Positions 9,034 through 18,911 of a stretch of 64,000 bases of DNA are shown here, piece by piece. The notes under the pieces were generated by a model. That model saw only the letters and a program-made list of their open reading frames with translations. It ran no database searches and was not told the DNA's origin. The stretch is from Candidatus Bathyarchaeia archaeon (GTDB lineage: Archaea; Thermoproteota; Bathyarchaeia; 40CM-2-53-6). The stretch is from assembly GCA_049513715.1 (NCBI GenBank), contig JBEKVV010000004.1:1-64000 (forward strand), written 5' to 3'. The position numbers and the translations under genes were made by a program. Numbering within the stretch: the first letter of the stretch is position 1; the number at the start of each line of letters is the position of its first letter.

Positions 9034-10218
9034 ATGAAGGTCGTTGTTCTAGGTGGGGCGGGGTTAACGGGCAAATGTGCTGTTCGTGATTTGGCTAACA
9101 GTCCAGAAGTTTCAGAGATTCTAGTTGCAGACATAGAAAAAGAACGAACTCAGAAGTTCGTTTCAAGTCTTGGAAGCAAGAAAGTTCAGCATACAACGGT
9201 CGACGTCCGAAACCATGAAGCCACAGCTGCTCTTCTGAAGAATGCAGACGTTACACTGAATGCGGTCCAATACTACTTCAACATCGATGTTATGAAAGCA
9301 GCCTTGATCGCGAAGACTCACTACCTCGACTTGGGGGGCCTATATCATATGACCCGCAAACAGCTCGAATTGAACGATGACTTCAAGAAAGCAGGTTTGA
9401 CCGCGGTGGTCGGCATGGGTTGCGTGCCCGGTGTATCGAACGTGATGGCGCGATGGGCAGTGGACAGACTTGACTCTGTGGAAACCATCCGAATTAGAGA
9501 TGGTTGGAGGGACTTCACGCCTAATTCTCCACGATATGTCGCTACTTGGTCCGTCCAGACTTTCACTGACGAGTTCACGCAGAACGCCATGGTGTACGAG
9601 AATGGAGCCATGAAGGAGGTGCCGCCCATAACACTCGGAGAAACCATCACTTTTCCTCTCCCCATAGGTGAGGTTGAGGTATTCACGACACTGCATTCTG
9701 AGCTTGCAACGTTTCCGTCATCGTTCAAGGAGAAGGGAATTCGAAACGTGAACTGGAAGGAAGGAGGCGCCAAGGGATGGCACTTGGACAACCAACTCAT
9801 AGTGGCACTTGGACTTGCGAGCCCAGAGCCATTGAAGATAGGGACCACTTCCGTTTCCCCGAGAGACTTCTTTCTGAAGCTTCTCGCAAGCAAGGACCTG
9901 CTGGGCCACCCGGAAAACATTACTCCAGAAGACTGCGAATGCTCAAGAGTCGAAGTTGTCGGAAAGAAACACGGCAAACCCACGGAACTGCAGCTCGAAG
10001 TCTTCTACCGTTCCAAGAAAGAATGGAGGGTCAGCAGTGCTCAATACGGCGTGGGCATACCCGCATCCATAGTTGCACAGATGCTCGGTAAGGGACAGAT
10101 CGAGAATAGAGGAGTTCTTCCCCCCGAAAACTGCGTGGGACCGGCCTTAATGTTCAGCGAGTTGGACAAGCGGGACATGCCCGTAACGATCAGGGCACCA
10201 GCCGAATTTCTAGATTAA
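9034..10218 (+). CDS. Saccharopine dehydrogenase / lysine 6-dehydrogenase family oxidoreductase (paralog 2)
   Basis: VLGGAGLTG, HYLDLGG, GMGCVPGVSN, TLHSE, GVLPPE. Confidence 0.88.
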   Translation: MKVVVLGGAGLTGKCAVRDLANSPEVSEILVADIEKERTQKFVSSLGSKKVQHTTVDVRNHEATAALLKNADVTLNAVQYYFNIDVMKAALIAKTHYLDLGGLYHMTRKQLELNDDFKKAGLTAVVGMGCVPGVSNVMARWAVDRLDSVETIRIRDGWRDFTPNSPRYVATWSVQTFTDEFTQNAMVYENGAMKEVPPITLGETITFPLPIGEVEVFTTLHSELATFPSSFKEKGIRNVNWKEGGAKGWHLDNQLIVALGLASPEPLKIGTTSVSPRDFFLKLLASKDLLGHPENITPEDCECSRVEVVGKKHGKPTELQLEVFYRSKKEWRVSSAQYGVGIPASIVAQMLGKGQIENRGVLPPENCVGPALMFSELDKRDMPVTIRAPAEFLD

Positions 10219-10241
10219 ACACTTCTTCATGGTGAATCAAC

Positions 10242-11384
10242 ATGAAAGCCCTATTCCTAGGAGGGGCCGGCTTCATCGGAACACCGGCAGTGGAGGACCT
10301 GGCGGCCACCAGCGATTTCTCGGAAATCGTCTTGGGAGACATCGACATCAAGAAAGCTGAGAATCTAGTTACGCGATTGAATGACAAGAGGCTGTCTACA
10401 AGATATGTCGATGTAGACAACGAGAACCAATTGGTCGAAAGTATGAGAGGCTTCGACATCGTTGTAAGCGCACTACCATTCAAGTACGACACAGCGGTGA
10501 CCAGAGCATGCATCCGAGCTCGGGTAAGCGGCATTGATGTCTCGACAACACAGGAACAGTTGGAGATGAGTGAAGAGGCAGAGAAAGCCGGCATTACATA
10601 CGTAGTAGGATCAGGCTGCACGCCCGGGACCACAAATGTTCTGGCTCGGCGTGGTGCAGACTTGCTGGACAGGGTCGAGGAGATACAGATCTTTTGGGCG
10701 GCGTTCCGCTGCATGGCTCCCGCCCCTGGGCTCGTTTACACGACACTCTGGGAGTTCGATCCAAGCATTGGAGACCGCATTTACTATCAGAACGGCAAGT
10801 ACGTTAAAGTTCCACCTTTCAGTGGAGACAGAACCGTCGAATTCGCGAAACCTATTGGGGTTCAGAAAGTGTACTATGTTCCGCACCCGGAGCCTCTGAC
10901 GATTCCGAAAGCGATTCCGGTAAAGCGGATGCAAATACGAGGTACTTGGCCAGCAGAAACAATGAGGCTTCTGAGGTTCATGAATTCCTTCGGTATCTAC
11001 CGCAAAGAGCCAATGGAAATTCTTGGGCAAAGAGTTGTTCCGTACGACTGGCTTGCTGAATATCTGTCAAAGGTCCCGGAAGCGAAGGAAACTGCAGTTT
11101 GGGCGTACGGAGTAGTCGTTGAGGTGGCTGGGCACAGCAAGAAGAAGAAAATTAAGCACATTTTCAGAACTTCCCATCCTTCGATGGAAGAATGGGGTGG
11201 AAGAGATGCCTATGCTAGGAACGTGGGTTATCCGCTCTCGATTGGAGCCCAAATGCTTGCAAAAGGAAAGGCCATGCCTAAGGGAGTGATTGCTCCGGAG
11301 AGCGCATTTGAGCCCGCATTATTCATTCGAGAGTTGGCAAAGCGAAAGATCAGAGTATCTCACAAAACCGAGCGACTCCGCTAA
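10242..11384 (+). CDS. Saccharopine dehydrogenase family oxidoreductase (paralog 3)
   Basis: LGGAGFIG, GSGCTPGTTN, VPHPEPLT, GVIAPE. Confidence 0.88.
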   Translation: MKALFLGGAGFIGTPAVEDLAATSDFSEIVLGDIDIKKAENLVTRLNDKRLSTRYVDVDNENQLVESMRGFDIVVSALPFKYDTAVTRACIRARVSGIDVSTTQEQLEMSEEAEKAGITYVVGSGCTPGTTNVLARRGADLLDRVEEIQIFWAAFRCMAPAPGLVYTTLWEFDPSIGDRIYYQNGKYVKVPPFSGDRTVEFAKPIGVQKVYYVPHPEPLTIPKAIPVKRMQIRGTWPAETMRLLRFMNSFGIYRKEPMEILGQRVVPYDWLAEYLSKVPEAKETAVWAYGVVVEVAGHSKKKKIKHIFRTSHPSMEEWGGRDAYARNVGYPLSIGAQMLAKGKAMPKGVIAPESAFEPALFIRELAKRKIRVSHKTERLR

Positions 11385-11617
11385 TGAGACGGTGAATTCG
11401 GTCATTTTCCAAGAGGCATCACGCATAGCTATAGTCCACTACCCAACAACGGGAACCGCAAACTAAACAGGTACATACTCACGTGATCGGTTTCTTGCGG
11501 AATTTCCTTCGCTTTTCCACCGCATGTTGCAAAACCGTTCAGCTCAAGTTAGGAAACCAGTCGACTGGCTTAAGCAACAGTGGTCTTTAGTTCGTCGTAA
11601 AAGAGAGATGTGGACCC

Positions 11618-12604
11618 ATGGTCGATGTTCTCTACGTGTCGGAGAAAGATGCTCAATCATCCGGCTTGGACATGCGAGAGGCTATCGAGATCGCGGAAAA
11701 CGTGTTCCGAGCACATGGTGAGGGAAAAGCGATCGTCCCCGCCAAGATTTCACTTGAATTAAAGGGTATTTCTCCGTGGATAACTTGGGGAAACGCAATG
11801 CCAGCCTACTTTGAACCCTGGAAGATCATGGGCATCAAGTGGATCGGGGCAAATTCGGATAACCCCAAGAATCAATTGCCCACACTCATGGGAGTAATAA
11901 TGCTAAATGACCCCCAGACTTTCGCCCCAATAGCAATTCTCGGAGCCGCTTGGATAACTGCCATGAGAACGGCGGCTGCAACAGCAGTCTGTGCAAAATA
12001 CCTAGCAAAAAAGGACTCGAAGACGCTGTGCATTATCGGCGCAGGATTTCAAGGAAGACACCAGTTACTGTCTCTGCAGGAAGTGCTGCCACTAACAGAG
12101 GTCAGAGTTCATGACACAAACCCCCAAGCCGTGAATCAGTTCGTGGAACAAATGCGTGGGATGTCCAAAGCAAAACTCAACCCTGAGAAAGATGTGGCGA
12201 CAGCCGTCAAAGGAGCTGATATAGTAGTAATCGCTATCACCAACGAAACAATCTTCTTCAAACAGGACTGGATCGAGAAGGGCACGCTGATCTGTTCTCT
12301 GGGCGAAACCGTGATGGAATACCAAGCCCTCAGAACTATGGACAAAATAATCGTCGATCATAGACAGCAAACCATGCACATGGGCGAGCTCAAGAAATGG
12401 TTTGAAAAAGGCCTAATCTCTGAACGAGACGTTTACGCTGAATTGGGCGAAGTAGTTGCAGGCAAGAAACCAGGGAGAGAAAACGATCAAGAACGAATCT
12501 TGGCGGCACCCATAGGAGTCGCTAGCCTCGATGTCGCAACAGCTTTCAGAGTCTACATCCACGCGAAGCAGAAGGGCATTGGCACAGTTCTGAGTTGGAT
12601 CTAA
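11618..12604 (+). CDS. Ornithine cyclodeaminase / mu-crystallin (ketimine reductase) family protein
   Basis: AMPAY, GIKW, ITAMRTAA, IIGAGFQG, ELGEVVAGKKPGR, GVASLD. Confidence 0.9.
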   Translation: MVDVLYVSEKDAQSSGLDMREAIEIAENVFRAHGEGKAIVPAKISLELKGISPWITWGNAMPAYFEPWKIMGIKWIGANSDNPKNQLPTLMGVIMLNDPQTFAPIAILGAAWITAMRTAAATAVCAKYLAKKDSKTLCIIGAGFQGRHQLLSLQEVLPLTEVRVHDTNPQAVNQFVEQMRGMSKAKLNPEKDVATAVKGADIVVIAITNETIFFKQDWIEKGTLICSLGETVMEYQALRTMDKIIVDHRQQTMHMGELKKWFEKGLISERDVYAELGEVVAGKKPGRENDQERILAAPIGVASLDVATAFRVYIHAKQKGIGTVLSWI

Positions 12605-12618
12605 GGGTAGGGCTGCAA

Positions 12619-13944
12619 ATGGTTGACCTAAATTCTTGGGATGGTTTAAACACCGAAAAGTCGAGGGAACTCTACAAGCGAGCCTGCGCAGTCATCCCCG
12701 TTGGAGCTTCTTCTAGCGCTAGAGCCTACCCCATGTTCAACCCGTATCCCATATCGTTTGACCATGGAAAAGGTTCGCGTTTCTGGGATATCGACGGAAA
12801 CGAGTACCTAGATTTTGTGCTCGCCTACGGTCCGCTAATACACGGCCACTGCCCACCCAAGATTCTCGACGCCGTAAGGAAACAGATGGAAAAAGGAACC
12901 ATGTGCGGGCAGCCAACGGAGGTGGGGGTAAGAACAGCTGAGAAGATCAAGCAGGTAGTTCCAAACGCCGACTTTGTCAGATTTTCCAACACAGGTACCG
13001 AGGCTACTATGCATGCCATCAGGATTGCGAGAGGCTTCACTGGCAAAGATAAGATAATCAAATTCGAAGGCGGATACCATGGAGTGCATGATTATGCCCT
13101 TGTGAGCATTCACCAAGTCGTCGGTAGTGAACTAGCCCCTACGACGGTGCCGGAGTGATTGGGGATACCTGAAGGCACATTGAGGAACATCATAATTCTG
13201 CCGTGGAACGATTTAGGTGCGCTAGAGAAGACTATCAAACGAAGGTCAAACGAAATTGCCGCAGTAATCACAGAACCTGTCTCAATGAATTACGGTGTAG
13301 TCCCACCTGAGGAAGGCTACCTGAAAGGAATCAGAGAACTCACTGAAGACTATGGCATAGTTATGATATTGGACGAGGTTGTGACTGGTTTTAGACTGGC
13401 ACTGGGAGGCGCTCAAGAATATTTCAATTTCAGGGCTGACTTGGCCACATTCTCGAAAGCTCTTGGGGCCGGGTTCCCCATAGCAGCGATAACCGGAAGG
13501 AAAGAAATCATGGAAATGATCAGGCCGGGCGCGATCACGCACATGGGAACGTACAACGAGAACCCGCTCTGTGTGGCAGCTGCATACGCTAGCATAATCG
13601 AGCTGGAAGCCGGGGGAATTGAACGTATGGCAAAATTGGGCAGAATGTTCTATGAGGGAATCCGACAAGCGATCGACAAAACGCAAGTTGAAGCTATCGT
13701 GCAAGGTATTGGCCCAATATTGCAGGTATACTTCACGAAACTCAAGCAGATACGAAATCTAAGAGACGTATTGCCGCCCCAGTGTGACGCAGAGAAGTCA
13801 AAGAGATTTCAGAGAGAGTTGCTCAAGAGGCACGTCTATTTCCACCCGGATCTTTTCGAGCGCCAATTCATCTCCACAGCACACACCGAAGAAGAGATAG
13901 AGAAAGCGGTTTCAGCTGTGACAGAAGCTTTCAGAGCTCTTTGA
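12619..13944 (+). CDS. Class III PLP aminotransferase (glutamate-1-semialdehyde aminomutase-like) with one in-frame TGA at 13156-13158 (recoded, pseudogene or sequence error)
   Basis: ORFs 12595..13158 and 13159..13944 are in one frame and abut. Joined they give 441 codons with WDIDGNEYLD, NTGTEATM, KFEGGYHG, LDEVVTGFR, FSKALGAG (PLP Lys), HMGTY. Confidence 0.85.
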
Positions 13945-13985
13945 ACGTGCGATCATTGAGAAATACAATGGCGAGAATGAATTCT

Positions 13986-14048
13986 CTAGAGCGGGCAAGC
14001 CTCTAGGATACAAAGGAAAAGCTCACATGCCAGCTCACGATGAGCTGG
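13986..14048. terminator. Two hairpins between convergent genes (possible bidirectional terminator or 3' UTR element)
   Basis: CTAGAG/CTCTAG at 13986-14006; CCAGCTCA-cga-TGAGCTGG at 14030-14048. Confidence 0.35.
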
Positions 14049-14060
14049 GCGTCCCTACTG

Positions 14061-15212
14061 CTAGACCTCATCTAGGCTCCTTTCGAGGACTATGTTCCTC
14101 TTGTTCATCTCTGACTCGAACTCGTGAAATAGTTTGCCTCTGATCAACATCTCAGGGGGAACCACACCCGTCGAAGTGATCTCGCCCCGACCTATCATCA
14201 TCGTCACTACGGAACAGGGGTAACCTGTCGTCCTCCCCATCGAGATGACTCTTTTTCTCTCATCGTAGTAATCAACCATCTGACGTCGCAACCTAACCTT
14301 CTTGCCGTTCTTCATCCCGACTGCGTCAGACCGCAGAAGCGTTACGTCCTTTTCGTTGCCGATCTCAAGCAGGGGCCCCATAACTAGCGAGTTAAAGCGT
14401 CGAGGGCTTGTCATCGATCCGTCCACCTTCAGTGGCTTTTCGGATAATAAACCACAATCCGCCAGGAGATTGATTCTTTCGATGTTCCCAGCCCATCTGA
14501 CGGTCTTCTCAACCATGTTCGGGATCTTGTCTTTCATCGTAAAGAGGAGGCTTGCGAGTCCATCGGAGTAGAATGCCTCGACATCAGTGAAAGGAGCTGG
14601 AAAACTGACCTTCTCTAACCCGGACCGCGGTTCCACTTCAACGACTTTGCCATCCTTTACAATTCTTGGATTTCTCATATACAGCCCCCAAGCGGCCTCC
14701 AGGGAGAAAACATACCGCCACCGTAACGGAGAAGACGGGGTAGGCGTCAGTCCTCCACACATGATCTCTACGCTTTTGATCTCGTCCAGTTGGTCGACCG
14801 CTTCGCCGACAAGAATATTAGTGATTCCTGGCGCGACTCCACAGCCTGGAACGACGATTACGCCGGCCTTTCTGGCTTCGGCGTCGAGCTTCATGTGCTC
14901 GTCCTGGAATGTCAGATCCACCACTGGAACCTTTGCTTTTATCAATGCTCTGTCAGCTGCGACTGAGTAAGTGTGGGTAAGAGCATTGGCCACGACGTCA
15001 AATCTCCTGGCCAGAACGGCGAGTCTAGAACGGTTCGCCACGTCGACTCTCTGTGTCGACAGCTTCTGCGTGTGAGCTTCAGTTTGCAGTGCCTTCAACT
15101 TCTCCTGCGAAACATCGAGAACCGCAACCTTCTCGACGTCATCAGCTTCAAGAAGATCCAGCGCTATTGCCCGACCCATAAGTCCACAACCCAAGACGAG
15201 AACTTTCATCAT
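14061..15212 (-). CDS. Saccharopine dehydrogenase / lysine 6-dehydrogenase family oxidoreductase (paralog 4)
   Basis: VLGCGLMG, GCGVAPGITN, CGGL, EAFYSDGL, KTVRW, MGRTTGYP, GVVPPE; this motif set is most like lysine 6-dehydrogenase. Confidence 0.88.
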   Translation of the reverse strand: MMKVLVLGCGLMGRAIALDLLEADDVEKVAVLDVSQEKLKALQTEAHTQKLSTQRVDVANRSRLAVLARRFDVVANALTHTYSVAADRALIKAKVPVVDLTFQDEHMKLDAEARKAGVIVVPGCGVAPGITNILVGEAVDQLDEIKSVEIMCGGLTPTPSSPLRWRYVFSLEAAWGLYMRNPRIVKDGKVVEVEPRSGLEKVSFPAPFTDVEAFYSDGLASLLFTMKDKIPNMVEKTVRWAGNIERINLLADCGLLSEKPLKVDGSMTSPRRFNSLVMGPLLEIGNEKDVTLLRSDAVGMKNGKKVRLRRQMVDYYDERKRVISMGRTTGYPCSVVTMMIGRGEITSTGVVPPEMLIRGKLFHEFESEMNKRNIVLERSLDEV

Positions 15213-15716
15213 AAAACATACTCCAGAGTGATTCCTTAGATTGCCTCGATCTTTCTACGTAAGTCCACTCCGCGATTGTCCTAATGAGAATATGGGGCGA
15301 TTTCCGACATTAGAACCCTGAGGATTTCACGCGTCTTAATTTGCCACGCCGCAGTCTCTGAGAGTCGTCGATAGTACTGCCCCACCGATTATTCTCACTT
15401 AGTTCACAACTAGAATGTCCGCAACCAGTCCTTTTCGTTTTTCGCTCGGATACCTGGCATTACAACGAAGCCTTCGCAAAACCTTCGGAAGGGCCATCTT
15501 ATATGGCACATGACTACGCGCCCGAGAACCGCCTAAGCCAATGGCTGGTAAATAGCACTACGGAAACTTCGGGGCTAGTGTAGTCGGCGGGCGTTGAAGT
15601 CTATACCGACCATACTGTATGAATTGCAGTCTTAACTAGTCCAGATACGGATAAAATAGCTGTGACTTCTTTTGGGAAAAGACGTCCTAAGAATCGCAAG
15701 AGCAAACAATCCTAAG

Positions 15717-16895
15717 ATGTCGCGTCGCAAATTCATACAACTCGGTACGGGAGCAGTCGTAGTCGCGGCCGTGGCCGCTGGAGGCTACTACTTCTTCACT
15801 CAGACACCCCAGGGAGGACAGGTGACCTCCGCAACTTCAGCCTCTTCAGCGACTTCAGCCACTTCGACCTCTTCATCGTGGGTCAAACCTGCTTCCATCC
15901 GGTTCGACGGGTGGGGAGGATCGATGCAGGACTCAGAACGCAAAATCGCTTTCAACGGTTTCGAGCAAGAGTACGGAATCAAAATTGTCGATGGAGCATA
16001 TGGCCAGACATCAGAGATAATGTCAAAGATTAAGGCCGCCAACGGAGGCGAATGGGATCTAGTCGAGGTAGACAACGACACCATCTACTTCGGAACCATG
16101 GAGAATCTCTGGCAACCATTGCGGCTTGAGAATATTCCGAACCACGATAAACTTCCGGATATTTTCAAGACAAACGGTCACGGCGCCTTCGACCCAGGTT
16201 TCAAGGACGGAGTCTTCCACGGAATACCTGGCCCGATGTACGGGACAACTCCCGTGGTCATCAACACGACCAAAGTAACACCCGACCCGACCAGCTGGGA
16301 CTGTCTTTGGGACCAGAAATGGAAAGGTAGAATGTGCCTCGAAGACTATTGGATCACTAGAATGCGCGACGCCGCTGTTCACTTGGGACAAGACTATAAC
16401 AACATCACTGACGTAGATGCGATCTGGAAAGCCCTCAGCGACCAACAGAAACTAGTATTCAAGTACTGGGAATCAGGGGCCGAAATGGAAACAGAGCTGA
16501 CAAACGGGGAAGCCTGGATCGGTGACCTGTGGGGAGGACGAGTTCAGAAACTTGCCCAGAGAGGCGTCCCTGTCAAGACACTGCTGTTGCCCCAAACTGA
16601 AGTATGGACGGACGCATTTGTAGTCCCAATCAATGCACCACACCGATACGAGGCTGAACTTCTGCTGAACTACATGCTGGACCCGAAGGTCAATGTGGCT
16701 CTGGCATTGGAGTTTCTTTATCCTCCAATAATCGACAGTCAGTACATACCAGCGGACTCATTGGAACAGATTAAACTAATGCCAGATTTCGTCGGCAACA
16801 ACTACGACAAACTTGGCTTCGCTAACACCGGATACTACAACGACCACAAACAAGCATGGACTGAGAAGTGGACATCAATCATGTCCGGAGCGTAA
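15717..16895 (+). CDS. potD: PotD/PotF-type polyamine/amine ABC substrate-binding protein with Tat motif
   Basis: MSRRKFI twin-Arg motif plus TM helix, Ser/Thr linker, GWGG, SWDCLWD, WTDAFVVP; ORF track start 15672 is an alternative. Confidence 0.8.
   Translation: MSRRKFIQLGTGAVVVAAVAAGGYYFFTQTPQGGQVTSATSASSATSATSTSSSWVKPASIRFDGWGGSMQDSERKIAFNGFEQEYGIKIVDGAYGQTSEIMSKIKAANGGEWDLVEVDNDTIYFGTMENLWQPLRLENIPNHDKLPDIFKTNGHGAFDPGFKDGVFHGIPGPMYGTTPVVINTTKVTPDPTSWDCLWDQKWKGRMCLEDYWITRMRDAAVHLGQDYNNITDVDAIWKALSDQQKLVFKYWESGAEMETELTNGEAWIGDLWGGRVQKLAQRGVPVKTLLLPQTEVWTDAFVVPINAPHRYEAELLLNYMLDPKVNVALALEFLYPPIIDSQYIPADSLEQIKLMPDFVGNNYDKLGFANTGYYNDHKQAWTEKWTSIMSGA
15826..15877 (+). repeat. Imperfect 9-bp tandem repeat encoding Ser/Thr/Ala linker (TSATSASSATSATSTSS)
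   Basis: (a/t)c(c/t)tc(c/a/g)gcn units; typical archaeal membrane-anchor linker. Confidence 0.6.
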
Positions 16896-16907
16896 GTCCT
16901 TCACAAT

Positions 16908-16958
16908 GTGGGCGACAGAATGAGTCGTCCGCAACCCTATCTTTTTTTGTAATTTTTC
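16908..16958 (+). terminator. Hairpin plus T-tracts downstream of potD
   Basis: GTGGGCGAC-agaatga-GTCGTCCGC followed by T7 and T5 tracts. Confidence 0.55.
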
Positions 16959-17157
16959 TATGCAAGGAACGTACGAACGTTTTCTAACGGAGTTAACCAT
17001 AAGACAAGAATCGATTTTGGTTACTTTCTCAATCAATTAGGCATTGGAAAGCCGTTATCGGCAATGTTGCAGAAGGCGGAGAGACCTTCCTAGTTGAATG
17101 TCGCTCCGCTCGTTTGGACGGAGTGATTTCATCCTATCCTTGGGACCTGTTGCAACG

Positions 17158-17991
17158 TTACTTTCTTTTTCTTAGTGTTACCCTTCGGCTTATTCGCACT
17201 TGCAGAAAGAAAGCGAATAACGTGGAAAGCATTAGTAAAGTCGCCAGCGGGTTGATCGTTGGGGGAAGCTCAGTCCTCAACGCGGTGAATATTCTCACAG
17301 CGATCGTTTCTGTATATGGCATGACCCAGAACTGGCTCGCCGTATAATCATCCAACGACAGGGCAAAAGCGAGGAGCATGCCTGATAGTATTGCCGGGAG
17401 AATAAGAGGTAAGGTAACCTCTCTGAATGTCTGGATCGGATTTGCGCCCAGGTTCATTGAGGCTTCCTCAAGCGATTTGTCGAGTCCGTAGACGCGCGCA
17501 TGTACCATCAGTATGACATAGGGCAGAGTGAAGAGCGCGTGCCCGAGAATCATGAAAAGGTACGAGAATCGTGACAGCGACAACCCTAAAGATATGAAGA
17601 AAGTGAGTAAGCTCGCGCCCAGGATGATCTCGGGAACCACCATCGGCGCTATGACGAAGGATGAGAGCAGGCCACGTCCTCGAAATTTGTATCTGACCAT
17701 TCCAATTGAGGTCACGGTTCCAAGCAAACCGGAAATGAGGATTGCCGACAGACCAATGAATAAGCTATTGTAGATGGCCGCAACCATTCTGGGGTCTTGC
17801 GTGAGTGCAATATACCATTTGATCGTAAGACCAGGAGGAGGAAACGTTGCTATCACATCCGGCGAAAACGACATCAAAATGACGAACACGGCGGGCGTGA
17901 GGATGAAACCGTAGACCACCACAGTAAGAATTTGCAGCGACCTGCCCGAGATTCTTGAAATGAGTCGAGACAATAAAGCGGGCAAAGTCAA
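17158..17991 (-). CDS. potC: Polyamine-type ABC permease
   Basis: SLEEASMNLGA EAA loop, PMVVPEII, LSLDD. Confidence 0.85.
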   Translation of the reverse strand: MTLPALLSRLISRISGRSLQILTVVVYGFILTPAVFVILMSFSPDVIATFPPPGLTIKWYIALTQDPRMVAAIYNSLFIGLSAILISGLLGTVTSIGMVRYKFRGRGLLSSFVIAPMVVPEIILGASLLTFFISLGLSLSRFSYLFMILGHALFTLPYVILMVHARVYGLDKSLEEASMNLGANPIQTFREVTLPLILPAILSGMLLAFALSLDDYTASQFWVMPYTETIAVRIFTALRTELPPTINPLATLLMLSTLFAFFLQVRISRRVTLRKRK

Positions 17992-18911
17992 CCCATCGCC
18001 TCAAGGAGTTTGTCTAATCCCACAACTTTGTTGTAGACGTACACGATTGCTAGGGTCACTAAGGTTAGGATGACGCTTAACGCCGTTCCCAAGGGAAAGT
18101 CGCGCATTGTAAGGAAGAGGACTGAGATTAGGTTAGCAATCATCGCCTGCTGTGGGCCCCCTAAGATTGCTGGCGTCACATACATTCCGAAGGAAGAGAT
18201 GAAGGTGAGCAGGACTCCCGACGCTATGCCTGGAACGCTAAGTGGAAACGTGACTTGGCGGAAGGTAGAGATATCGTCAGCACCGAGGTTCTTTGACATA
18301 TCTATGATGTTGTTATCGATCTTCTCGATCGAGGAGTATATTGGCAGTATCATGAAGGGTAATGTCCAATTTACGGTTCCGATTATGACTGCCGTTTCTG
18401 TGAAAAGGAATCTCATGGGTTCATTGACGACGCCGAGGGCTAACAGAACGTAGTTTACGATTCCCCTCGCGCCCAATACGTAATACCAAGAGTAGGCCCT
18501 TACCAGGAAACTTATGAAGAGTGGGAAGAGAAGCAAGACCACTATTGTCTCACGACGGATAGACGTGAGTTTTGCTAGGTAGTATGCGACTGGATAGCCG
18601 AGTAATAAGGACAAAAATGATACTTCGACCGCGACGCCTAGTGATCTCAAGATGATGTCTAGATACAAAGGTGTTGTAAGTATGTGCTCATAACCCGAGC
18701 CTTGAAGGCTGTAAACAGCAGTGATTAGTATCGGGATGAAGAAGAATACGAAGACGTAGCCCGCTCCTGACCCTACTAACAATACTGCGCCAAGCCTTGC
18801 TGATATCCGAGGAATCCGAATTCGCGCAGCCTTTGACTTGAATGAGGTCTGAAGTTTGTTCTCCCTAGGACCTTGATTTTCGCTCATCTCAGGCTGACCT
18901 CCCAAGTTCAA
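17988..18911 (-). CDS. potB: Polyamine-type ABC permease
   Basis: LLLGYPVAY, LVRAYSW, LPFMILPIY, TPAILGG. Confidence 0.85.
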   Translation of the reverse strand: MNLGGQPEMSENQGPRENKLQTSFKSKAARIRIPRISARLGAVLLVGSGAGYVFVFFFIPILITAVYSLQGSGYEHILTTPLYLDIILRSLGVAVEVSFLSLLLGYPVAYYLAKLTSIRRETIVVLLLFPLFISFLVRAYSWYYVLGARGIVNYVLLALGVVNEPMRFLFTETAVIIGTVNWTLPFMILPIYSSIEKIDNNIIDMSKNLGADDISTFRQVTFPLSVPGIASGVLLTFISSFGMYVTPAILGGPQQAMIANLISVLFLTMRDFPLGTALSVILTLVTLAIVYVYNKVVGLDKLLEAMG

